Source: Opitutales bacterium
Lineage (GTDB): Bacteria > Verrucomicrobiota > Verrucomicrobiia > Opitutales > JABSRG01
Assembly: GCA_049599475.1 (NCBI GenBank)
Contig: JBMYOQ010000085.1
Span: 1 to 15,851, forward strand
Length of the DNA: 15,851 nucleotides
Direction: 5' to 3'
Below are positions 1 to 8,056 of this stretch, piece after piece (positions within the stretch are counted from its first letter, which is position 1; each line of letters starts with the position of its first letter). The notes under the pieces are model-generated. The model saw only the letters and a program-made list of their open reading frames with translations, had not been told where the DNA came from and made no database searches. Both the position numbers and the translations under genes were made by a program.

Positions 1-26
1 GGTGCACTTTCACCCGCAAATTACTG

Positions 27-836
27 GTGCATTTTAACCGCAAACCGACAGTTTGTTTTTCATTTCTATGTTTCACCGGATGTTTGCAAATTCCTGAACG
101 GTCGATTTCTGAAGGAACTCAGCATGTGCTTGGTGAAGGCGAAGGGTATCTTGTGGGTTCCTTCACTTGGTTAGGGCGTCACCCAGGTAAGCTCGCGCAA
201 ATGTTTGGAGATGATTTTCGCTACAGTGCTTACGGTTACTATTTCAGGTCTTTGGATCCTGGGAATGAATTCAGGGGTGACGTAGGCTTACAGGGAGATA
301 TCTTTTTCGCAACGTACGATTCTGATTACAAATTAGATGATGGGCAGGGTGCTGTCTATGCTATCGCAGTCCCTGCGGGGCGATATGAGTTTTATAATTT
401 TTCGTTTTTTCAGAATTCGGGAGCGTTCCAAAATACATTCTCGAGCAGAGAGGATTTTTCCTATCCCTTTGAGATTGAAGCAGGTGAATGCATCTACATC
501 GGTGAAATTGCGGCCATCCATGAATTTGGTAAAAATCTGCTGGGTATGACTATTCCGGCGGGAGGCTATCATGCCTTCTTCGATGAGCGGGCACGGGATA
601 TTCCTCTGATCAGAAAAAAGTATCCGTTTTTAGATGACTACGATATCGATTACGTAGATGTCTTTGGGCAAGGACGATCGGCCACGAAGGTAAAAGTGGA
701 TGTAGCTAAGACGCCTCAAGGTAGTTCAAATGTTCAGCTTGAAATGCTCGAATTGGTCTATGAGCAAGGGAAGATCTCTGAGGAGCAGTATCTCGCGAAG
801 CGGAGTCAATTACTTCAGGAAAATTCAGGAGAATAG
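27..836 (+). CDS. Putative lipoprotein of unknown function with a C-terminal SHOCT-like domain
   Basis: 269-aa ORF with a lipobox-like FTGC after a short hydrophobic stretch and a beta-rich core (AIAVPAGRYEF...FEIEAGECIYIGEI). The tail LEMLELVYEQGKISEEQYLAKRSQLL fits the SHOCT pattern. The frame is open to the window edge, so the GTG start at 27 is uncertain. Confidence 0.75.
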   Translation: MHFNRKPTVCFSFLCFTGCLQIPERSISEGTQHVLGEGEGYLVGSFTWLGRHPGKLAQMFGDDFRYSAYGYYFRSLDPGNEFRGDVGLQGDIFFATYDSDYKLDDGQGAVYAIAVPAGRYEFYNFSFFQNSGAFQNTFSSREDFSYPFEIEAGECIYIGEIAAIHEFGKNLLGMTIPAGGYHAFFDERARDIPLIRKKYPFLDDYDIDYVDVFGQGRSATKVKVDVAKTPQGSSNVQLEMLELVYEQGKISEEQYLAKRSQLLQENSGE

Positions 837-947
837 GGTGTGTTCCCATGAGCTGTGGGTTTCTCTCTAAAGGGAACGGTGATTTGAATACGTGCAGTTG
901 TAGTATTCAGGTTTACATCAGGCCCAGGTTGCGAGATGGTTGAGATT

Positions 948-1379
948 ATGAGAATCGCGCTTCTGCTTATACTTTGTGCCTGTGCTGGTTGTGGAAAGAA
1001 GCGTGAATTGGCACCTTTCGAGAGTGATGGGTGCTCAATGTTTCTCGATAAGTCTCTGATCAACGAAGATGACTGGTGCCGTTGTTGTTATGAGCACGAC
1101 CTTGCTTACTGGCAGGGCGGGACGGAAGCGCAGCGACTCGCTGCCGATGAGAAATTACGCGACTGCGTCTTATCGCTTACTGGAAATAAGGAGCTAGCTG
1201 AACTGATGTATGAGGGGGTGCGGTTTGGAGGTAGCCCGTATTTTTATAATTGGTATCGCTGGGGATACGGCTGGGGGTATGAGCGCGGGTATGGTGAATT
1301 GAGTGATGATGAAAGGCAGCAGGTCAGTGAGCGACTTGCTGAAATAGAGCCAGCTTACGCGGGCACTGTGTGCGATTAA
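948..1379 (+). CDS. Putative lipoprotein with a prokaryotic phospholipase A2-like fold (CCxxHDxxY)
   Basis: Signal peptide MRIALLLILCACAGC (lipobox CAGC) from the ATG at 948; alternative ATG at 936. Motifs DGCS, WCRCCYEHDLAY, AADEKLRDCV and MYEGVRFGG match the His-Asp helical PLA2-like pattern. Confidence 0.7.
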   Translation: MRIALLLILCACAGCGKKRELAPFESDGCSMFLDKSLINEDDWCRCCYEHDLAYWQGGTEAQRLAADEKLRDCVLSLTGNKELAELMYEGVRFGGSPYFYNWYRWGYGWGYERGYGELSDDERQQVSERLAEIEPAYAGTVCD

Positions 1380-1518
1380 GGTAGTCTTAGCCGAGAAAGC
1401 AGGTGGTTTTGTCTGATTGAGGCTCGGGTAGGCTTGCTTTTTGAAATGGGCTTGGATGCTGTAGTTGTGTTACTTGTTTTTGGGTCGCATTATCTTTGGG
1501 CGTTTAAATTTTGTCGGT

Positions 1519-2106
1519 ATGTCGAATTTTAAGAAAGTTTTGGTAGGAGTGCTCGTGGTCGTGGGGTTGGCTGTTGTCAGCGTCGTCGCAAATAAGTTTG
1601 TGCATTCTGATAAAGAGAGAGACGAATTTTTGGGTGTTTGGTATGGCTCATTTTCAAATGCAGACGTATCCTACGATTACATTGCAGAGCACCATGAGGG
1701 AGGCGTGTTTAAGATCGCATTTCGATTTTTTGATGTGGATGAATTGGCTACCTATTTAAATGGTGAAAATGAAGCTTCGAGCCGTGCGCCGTTACCTTTC
1801 GAAGTGGAAAAAGGAGAGGGACGTTATTGGATTGAGAACGATAGATATTTCACGGAGAGCAGCTCGGAGGAATACGATGGTAGTTTGACCTCGAGAATTT
1901 TCGATTTGCTGCTCTATCAAGATTTTCGAGATCGCTACGAGTACTATGAATCATACGTGATTGATTCGATAAGTGATCGCATTTTCGAATATAGCGGTTC
2001 GGGTAGATCGTTCTGGAAGGTGGCCGTTGATTCTGGCTTTGAATTTCCTCCGATCCCACTATCCAAGGAAGAGATGCTCAGCCGAGCTGAAAATCAGAAA
2101 GAATGA
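1519..2106 (+). CDS. Hypothetical membrane-anchored/exported beta-barrel-like protein
   Basis: The ATG at 1519 gives MSNFKK followed by a hydrophobic segment (VLVGVLVVVGLAVVSVVA), then FLGVWYG, a GxW motif typical of lipocalin-like barrels. The ORF track starts at TTG 1465. Confidence 0.65.
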   Translation: MSNFKKVLVGVLVVVGLAVVSVVANKFVHSDKERDEFLGVWYGSFSNADVSYDYIAEHHEGGVFKIAFRFFDVDELATYLNGENEASSRAPLPFEVEKGEGRYWIENDRYFTESSSEEYDGSLTSRIFDLLLYQDFRDRYEYYESYVIDSISDRIFEYSGSGRSFWKVAVDSGFEFPPIPLSKEEMLSRAENQKE

Positions 2107-2209
2107 CGGTTCGCATCGCCGAATATTTACGAGAACACTCGGTGGAAGTGTATCCAGGCTCGGACGGCTCGGAATGGGATGAGGATAGTGGCCTCGAGAA
2201 TATTTCGCT

Positions 2210-5200
2210 TTAAGGGGTAACGAGTTTCCAGGAGCCTGTGGCGTAGTTGTAAATCCAGCTATTCTCGCCATCGTCGAACAGATAATGCCAGGCGTCGCTT
2301 TCCGAAGACCATACCCATGGAGTATCGTATTCGCTAAATAAATACCATTCGTTGAGGCCGGGGAGCCAACCCCAGTGAGAGTCTTGTCCTAATGGCTTAT
2401 AATCGCTGGCGGCCTCAAGAAGGGTCCAGCCCATGCTCACATGGTAGACCCACGGATATTCCGTTGTTTCGATCACACCGAACCAATCCACGTGGTGCCA
2501 TTGAACGGATGTCTCAGCTGATTCAGTGTCACCTTCACCGGTTGTTGATAGGGGAGTCAAAGGCTCAATGGATCTGAAAATGTCGTCACTCGTTCCGCGC
2601 TCATTTACGATCAAGATACCTGTAGCCTCAACGGAAACGGAGTCATTATAAATCACCAGCTTATATTCCCCTGCGTCCTCCAGCCTTAATGAAGTTAATT
2701 CTAGGCTAGGGCTGTTTGCGCCGCTGAGGGGAGTCCCGTTGAAGTACCATTGGTAGGAGATGAGCTCCTGGGAATCTGCAGCGGCGTGGAATGTGATGGA
2801 AGCACCTGTAAAACTTAGACCGCCGATTTTATATTCAGTCAGGTTGATTTCGGCCTCTGGCGCTATCGATGTGCTTGCGGTGACAATTAGATCGCCTCCT
2901 TGGCTAGAGTACCACTCGCCGTCGGTGGTCACTACAGAGTAATACCCGGCGTCATCCAGGTTGAGAGAAGAAAGTGTTAGGGTGGAAGATGTCTCCCCAG
3001 GTATGGGCTCAAAATCTAGATACCACTGGTAGGTGGACGAGGCGCCGACGGTGTTTGTTGTGAAGAATGTTACGCTACTTCCCTCGGGGAAACTTCCACC
3101 TATAAATTCATCTGCTAAAGAAAATTTCGGTGTGATCTCCAGGTCAGAGCTTACGGTTAGGATTAAGGGATTATCAAAGGAAACGACATCACCCGTCCAA
3201 CCGTCGAACTTATAGCCAGAATCTGGTTCTGCTAGGAGTTCTATCGTGCTACCAAGAGTTGTATCTATTCGGTTGTCTGTGGTCCCCTTTACCTGCCCGC
3301 CAGGGCTACTGCCGATGGTGATGAGAGCGGTCTGCACTATCGGCTCCCTGATTTCCAGGCTGAACATGGCTTCTCCTGTGAAATGGGAATCCACGATTTC
3401 TACGAGTCCTTGGTAGGTGCCCGCTTCAGTGGGGACGGTGGTCGAGCCATCGAAGCTTAAGCGCGTTTCAATTCCATTTATCGGCAGCGCTATATCCAGA
3501 CTGAGGGGTTCGCCTGGCTCGATGGACTGGTCGGGTATTTCAAAATCCAGTTCGTGGGCGTTCTCGAAGTCAATGAAAGCGTCCAAATCTATAATGATCA
3601 CGAAGCGATTTTCTAGATCGGCTTCAATGTATTCGAGAGGTTGTGCGTAGGCTCCGATGTAGCGACCATCCTTAGTGATCACATCGGCGTTGGTGATCCT
3701 CCAATCGGAGCCTAGGTCGAGGTCGATCAATGTGTTGAGATCAATTAAGCCGTGGTGCGGACTCCAGTAGCACCCGAAGGACTCGCCGGTATTTTCATCT
3801 GTAAAATATCCTACGGCTGCTGCCGTACCCTCGGACAGGGTATTGAGCTGGATATTAACTGTTTGGATATCGCCGACGGTAGGAATGTCTCCGGCATCTT
3901 CGAAGATCAAATTCGTCGAGCTCTCGTTGTAATAGACAAAGGGGATGGATGCAGGGGAATGGTCTTCGTCTCCGTAGGGAGGCACCGAATGTGCCAGGAC
4001 GAATCCAAAATCTGTGATTCCCCCATGTTCTCCAGATGTATCGCGACCCTCTGTATCGCTCAGGACGATGGGGCTTGTATAATCTTCGGATGGCCACAGC
4101 ACTGCCTGTTTATAAGTTTCCGGTGAAAACTCGGAAAAAGTTGAATACGTTCCGAGGATGCTCCCGGAGGCGTTTACATAGTGACCCACTCCGCTTTCAG
4201 AATCTAAATTTAAGGGGTCCTCAATGTTCGGCAATTCTGGGTAAATGAAATCTGAATCACCAGTAATCAGAAAGGGTGTTATTTTCCAATAAACGATCGA
4301 ATCGTATCCGACATAGTACTCCCCATTTGAAGATGCGTCGTTTAGCCAGTAATACTCATCCCAGACATAATCTAGTTGAAACGGCTCTCCGAAAAAGGGT
4401 ACGAGGATTCCATTGTCGTTATAGCTTCCAGTCAAAAACTCTAAATCGCCCCCAGCTCCAGTTACCGTGAATTCACCCGGGCTGTCGATCGGTTCAGGGT
4501 CGCCACCTACATAAAGCAGGTATGAGCCCGAACCTGGGCGTGTATAGACCATCTCCTCTCCGTCTTGGGACAGGGTATTGATGGTGATATAGGAACTAAG
4601 CTCGTCGCGGGTCTCTACAAACTCCACGCCGGGTATGATGGGAAAGGGCCACCGGTAGGAGTCTGCTTGAGTGTCTAAGATTCGAAACGTCAGGTCTTGC
4701 CCGTCTCGGATAACATACTCAGGGGTAAGTGATGTGCTCCAATATACGGAGTTCCCGTCTTCATAGGGATCGTCGCTCGAGTAACTGAAGTCATTCCACC
4801 CATCGAATCCGCGCGTCGACAATTGGATTTCGAAGACCATGTAGACGGGCGCTGAGGTCTTGTTGGTATATTGGCTGTCCATGTAGATGGAGTGCCATCC
4901 AGATTGTCCGTTGATTTCAGCCTTAGATAATGACCCAGACCCTACGGGTGTTTCGGACTGTCGTGTGAAGTGTGCGCCGGGTTGGCCATTGGCGAGATAG
5001 AGGTCGAGTTCGATAGCGCCGCCGCCATGATTCGCGCGGTCTAGGTGCAGTTGAATGATGGAAACTGTTTCTCCGGGGCCGAGTAAGAAAGATTGTCCGA
5101 AACCGGAGCCGTAATCCTGGCTCGCGGTAATCTCGGTCTGCGCCACAACAATCGCGGCATTCGAACGCATACAGAGCGCGCACAGGATAAGAACTATTAA

Positions 5201-5266
5201 CCAAACATATCTCACGTTTCTGGAAGCTAGATGCTCGATCGATAGATGAAAGAAAATTTTTTTCAT
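2210..5266 (-). CDS. Large secreted modular surface protein: N-terminal beta-sandwich, HAF-repeat-like propeller, MBG-like domain, InlB B-repeat, two Ig-like domains and a Trp-rich C-terminal domain
   Basis: 1018-aa acidic ORF with a signal peptide (VWLIVLILCALCMRSNA). Recognisable parts: GQSF...DLTFRI N-domain; GLIDLNTLI...ITKDGRYIG propeller end; PTEAGTY (MBG-like); LLAEPDSGYKFDGWTGD (B-repeat); two YQWY...L.L..L...DAG.Y Ig repeats; WFG...YPWVYH...GW tail. Confidence 0.85.
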   Translation of the reverse strand: MKKIFFHLSIEHLASRNVRYVWLIVLILCALCMRSNAAIVVAQTEITASQDYGSGFGQSFLLGPGETVSIIQLHLDRANHGGGAIELDLYLANGQPGAHFTRQSETPVGSGSLSKAEINGQSGWHSIYMDSQYTNKTSAPVYMVFEIQLSTRGFDGWNDFSYSSDDPYEDGNSVYWSTSLTPEYVIRDGQDLTFRILDTQADSYRWPFPIIPGVEFVETRDELSSYITINTLSQDGEEMVYTRPGSGSYLLYVGGDPEPIDSPGEFTVTGAGGDLEFLTGSYNDNGILVPFFGEPFQLDYVWDEYYWLNDASSNGEYYVGYDSIVYWKITPFLITGDSDFIYPELPNIEDPLNLDSESGVGHYVNASGSILGTYSTFSEFSPETYKQAVLWPSEDYTSPIVLSDTEGRDTSGEHGGITDFGFVLAHSVPPYGDEDHSPASIPFVYYNESSTNLIFEDAGDIPTVGDIQTVNIQLNTLSEGTAAAVGYFTDENTGESFGCYWSPHHGLIDLNTLIDLDLGSDWRITNADVITKDGRYIGAYAQPLEYIEADLENRFVIIIDLDAFIDFENAHELDFEIPDQSIEPGEPLSLDIALPINGIETRLSFDGSTTVPTEAGTYQGLVEIVDSHFTGEAMFSLEIREPIVQTALITIGSSPGGQVKGTTDNRIDTTLGSTIELLAEPDSGYKFDGWTGDVVSFDNPLILTVSSDLEITPKFSLADEFIGGSFPEGSSVTFFTTNTVGASSTYQWYLDFEPIPGETSSTLTLSSLNLDDAGYYSVVTTDGEWYSSQGGDLIVTASTSIAPEAEINLTEYKIGGLSFTGASITFHAAADSQELISYQWYFNGTPLSGANSPSLELTSLRLEDAGEYKLVIYNDSVSVEATGILIVNERGTSDDIFRSIEPLTPLSTTGEGDTESAETSVQWHHVDWFGVIETTEYPWVYHVSMGWTLLEAASDYKPLGQDSHWGWLPGLNEWYLFSEYDTPWVWSSESDAWHYLFDDGENSWIYNYATGSWKLVTP

Positions 5267-5272
5267 TCTTTA

Positions 5273-5300
5273 GGAATAAAAGAAACCGTCTCGTGTCTTA
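5273..5300 (+). promoter_or_regulatory. Possible ECF-sigma promoter for the 5372 gene
   Basis: GGAATA (5273-5278), 16-nt spacer, GTCTTA (5295-5300). This resembles the sigmaE-type GGAAC-N16/17-GTC consensus and lies about 70 bp upstream of the ATG at 5372. Confidence 0.3.
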
Positions 5301-5371
5301 CGTATACAGATCGGTATACTTTACCTCTCTGAATTAACAACAATCACAAAGAACATAGAAGGAAAAGACAC

Positions 5372-5683
5372 ATGAACACATTCAAGAAAGCATCCATCAT
5401 CACAACTCTCGCACTCGCTTTGGCTGGCACAGCATTCGCCGGTGCGACCCCACACGAGAAGAATCGTCAGCTCGACCGCGGACACTACGCATCCAAGAGT
5501 GAGTCTGTGAAGCTCAGTGAAGTGCGCGGGGCCAAACTCACACCACACGCGATCAACCGCCTAAGAAGCGCTACAGGCAAAGTGAAGGCAGAGAAAAATG
5601 AGGTAAATTCCTCGCTCGCGGCAGTGTCTAGCGCATCTTCAGCCCGCGTGAAAACTCCCTCACAGCGCAACCGCAACAGTTAG
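5372..5683 (+). CDS. Small basic secreted protein of unknown function
   Basis: Clear Sec signal (MNTFKKASIITTLALALAGTAFA), an A-rich leader with GAAGGA RBS, and a Lys/Arg/Ser/Ala-rich mature part. Confidence 0.75.
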   Translation: MNTFKKASIITTLALALAGTAFAGATPHEKNRQLDRGHYASKSESVKLSEVRGAKLTPHAINRLRSATGKVKAEKNEVNSSLAAVSSASSARVKTPSQRNRNS

Positions 5684-5707
5684 ATTTTCAGTCTAGCCTA
5701 CCGTTCA

Positions 5708-6799
5708 TCAAGGAGCAGGTTCTGTCATGGAGCCTGTTCCTTTTTTGCGTACGATAAACGGATCCCCAACCTGTGCTCCCAGGGTCTCTGCGGCATTGGC
5801 GTAATTGCGAGAGATTTGCACGTAGCCTTCAGGGTCGATGAAAGCCACCCATTCACCATATGGCACATCGCTGTAGGCCTTCGCGTAGGTGACTGAGTGA
5901 GATGTGCCCCGGTGTATGAGCTCAAAGGTGTCGGAAAGTGAAATGTTGAGATGCGCTAAGTCTTGAGGAACGAGGCTCGTATAAATGTTTCCATACAAGG
6001 GGCGGAGGAGTCGAATATTACCGGCGGCTATGGAATCTCCGAGCGCGGCCGTCGAGTCTGGAGACATTTCTAAAGTGCCGTTTTCAACAGACTCAATTTT
6101 TGCGCCATCAATCCAGTCGAGTAGCCCCTTCATCGCGGCCAGACGCTCGGCGCTATTCACATTTACGTGCCCTGTACGTTCTACATACCAGCTAATTGAA
6201 GGCGTGGATGCATCTTTGGCTGCGTTTTTATAGACTTGAGAGCTCTTCATCTCTGGACCGTTCGCCAGAAGGACGATCGGGATCTGCGGATTGGCGGAAA
6301 ATACCGACGCGAGAGAATCGTCGCTATATTTTGGAGATTCAGGCGCTTCGAAAAGGTGGGCCCCGAGACACAAAACACCGGCGAAGGACTCGGGTTTATT
6401 TTCTGCGAGCCACACGGCTACGCCACCGCCCATCGTTTCGCCGTAGAGAATGGACTGTTTGATCGGGTGCACCTCGGCGTCGATGAAAGCCTGAAGTGCC
6501 AAAATGTCTTCGGCTCCCTCGGAGACTACCCAAGCGTTTGTGCGAAATGCGGTGGATGCGATGGTCCAGCCGTCATCGAGCATGCTTTGGTAAAATCGAG
6601 TGCCCACTTCGTAGACTGCGGACAGCGGGAAAAAATCGGGACGGTATCCTCGGGCGAGAAACATTACCTTCCCGGTTGGCTCGGCTGGGACATTGATGAT
6701 GTAGTCCACGCCGTCGACGTCGCCGGTGAGGTGCGTTTGCCCAAAGCAAATGGATTTAAAAGAGAGTAATATGAGAAAAAGAACAGACAACCGCGCCAT
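5708..6799 (-). CDS. Secreted alpha/beta-hydrolase fused to a SAM hydrolase/fluorinase-type C-terminal domain (paralog A, Thr at the nucleophile position)
   Basis: Signal peptide, elbow ILYGETMGG and GHVNVN histidine motif. The C-terminal ~95 aa (YGNIYT...AYSDVPYGEWVAFIDPEGYVQISRNYANAAETLGAQVGD) match the DUF62/SAM hydroxide adenosyltransferase C-domain pattern. Confidence 0.8.
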   Translation of the reverse strand: MARLSVLFLILLSFKSICFGQTHLTGDVDGVDYIINVPAEPTGKVMFLARGYRPDFFPLSAVYEVGTRFYQSMLDDGWTIASTAFRTNAWVVSEGAEDILALQAFIDAEVHPIKQSILYGETMGGGVAVWLAENKPESFAGVLCLGAHLFEAPESPKYSDDSLASVFSANPQIPIVLLANGPEMKSSQVYKNAAKDASTPSISWYVERTGHVNVNSAERLAAMKGLLDWIDGAKIESVENGTLEMSPDSTAALGDSIAAGNIRLLRPLYGNIYTSLVPQDLAHLNISLSDTFELIHRGTSHSVTYAKAYSDVPYGEWVAFIDPEGYVQISRNYANAAETLGAQVGDPFIVRKKGTGSMTEPAP

Positions 6800-6892
6800 A
6801 GCCGAAGAAAGAGAGCGCTTTGCTTGATTTGTCGAACGGTCTGTTAAGTTAGCACTTCGACTGCTTCCAATGTCCTCAAAATTTCACACACT

Positions 6893-7966
6893 ATGAAACA
6901 CATCTATTCGGCCCATTTTATCTGCTTTGTCTTGTTCACTGCTTGTTGGATGAATCCACTAAATGCGGCTTTCTCGCTGCATGAAGGGCATATCGATGGG
7001 GCGCCCTATAAGCTTGCTCTTCCGGAAGGCTGGAAAGGGGGCAAGGTATTTTTCCATGTCCACGGTTGGCGACCTCCCCAGGCTCCACACGAGGCGGACC
7101 TCAATCCGGAAGACCCCTTGTATGCGGCGTTGCTGGACGAGGGATGGGCTATCGGGCGGACTGCATTTCTGGAAAACGGTGTTGACCATCCGGCGCATAC
7201 TCAAGCACTCGAAAACCTCAAATCATGGATCATTCAAAAACACGGTCCGATCAGCATGCTTATCCTGGAGGGAGAATCCACCGCGGGCACACTCGTGCTT
7301 CGGATTATCGAAAAGAATCCAGACTTGGCCGACGGCGTTATCGCGCTTGGGCCGTTCATTAGTTTCGAGGACCCCAAATCTAGTGATTTCCTGACGGCTC
7401 AGCCGCGCCGACCATCCATTTTGATGAGCAATACTTCAGAAGTTTTGCCTGCGATGGAATATGCTGCGAAAGCGATCCGCGCTGATACGCCGCCTGCCCT
7501 GTGGCCGCTTCTGCGTCCGGGCCATGTGAATGTCAATTGGGTCGAAAGGTTGGCTGCGGTCCGTGCGATGGAATCAGCCATTTCCGGTGGAGAATCGCTC
7601 GGATTCAACAATGGCACTCAACCGATGCCTCTTCGCGAGACAGGAACAAAGCAGGAGTCTGGATCCCTCATCAATATTGTGGAATCGATTAACCCTTATT
7701 ACGGAAATGCGTTTTTAGCATTTCATCCGGACGAATTCGAAGCGGCGGGTATTAAGCAGGGATCTTTCTTTCGGTTCAGTGCGCATGGAAAAAGTTGGAA
7801 AGTGCTCTATGGGGAGAGCTACGGCGATGTGCCTGAAGGGGACTGGGTGGCCTTCCCGCATGCAAACGAGCGGATATTGATCGTGCGCAATCACGCAAGC
7901 GCCATAGGGACTGCTGGTCTCGATGTCGGGGACGCCGTGCGCGTGCAGGCACTGGTAGAGCTTTGA
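6893..7966 (+). CDS. Secreted alpha/beta-hydrolase fused to a SAM hydrolase/fluorinase-type C-terminal domain (paralog B, Ser nucleophile)
   Basis: Signal peptide, oxyanion motif FHVHGW, elbow ILEGESTAG and GHVNVN. C-terminal YGNAFL...SYGDVPEGDWVAF...IVRNHASAIGTAGLDVGD. Collinear with 5708..6799 over its full length. Confidence 0.8.
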   Translation: MKHIYSAHFICFVLFTACWMNPLNAAFSLHEGHIDGAPYKLALPEGWKGGKVFFHVHGWRPPQAPHEADLNPEDPLYAALLDEGWAIGRTAFLENGVDHPAHTQALENLKSWIIQKHGPISMLILEGESTAGTLVLRIIEKNPDLADGVIALGPFISFEDPKSSDFLTAQPRRPSILMSNTSEVLPAMEYAAKAIRADTPPALWPLLRPGHVNVNWVERLAAVRAMESAISGGESLGFNNGTQPMPLRETGTKQESGSLINIVESINPYYGNAFLAFHPDEFEAAGIKQGSFFRFSAHGKSWKVLYGESYGDVPEGDWVAFPHANERILIVRNHASAIGTAGLDVGDAVRVQALVEL

Positions 7967-8056
7967 ATGAATAAACTGGATACAAATCAATCGAGGTCGG
8001 GCAGACAGCCGTAAGGTGAACTGTCGAAATGGAGCCCGTCGCAAAGGCTATCTCAG

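Noticed and set aside
5708..7966. Calling the pair fluorinases, chlorinases or SAM hydrolases
   Set aside because: Only the C-terminal domain is present. The catalytic N-terminal DUF62 domain (TDFG motif) is absent and is replaced by an alpha/beta-hydrolase.
7995..8050. c-di-GMP-I riboswitch or hammerhead ribozyme (GGGCAGAC...CGCAAAG, GAAA)
   Set aside because: It lacks the GGCAAAC/GAAA-receptor arrangement and the CTGAnGA core, and it lies between two stop codons, not in a 5' leader.
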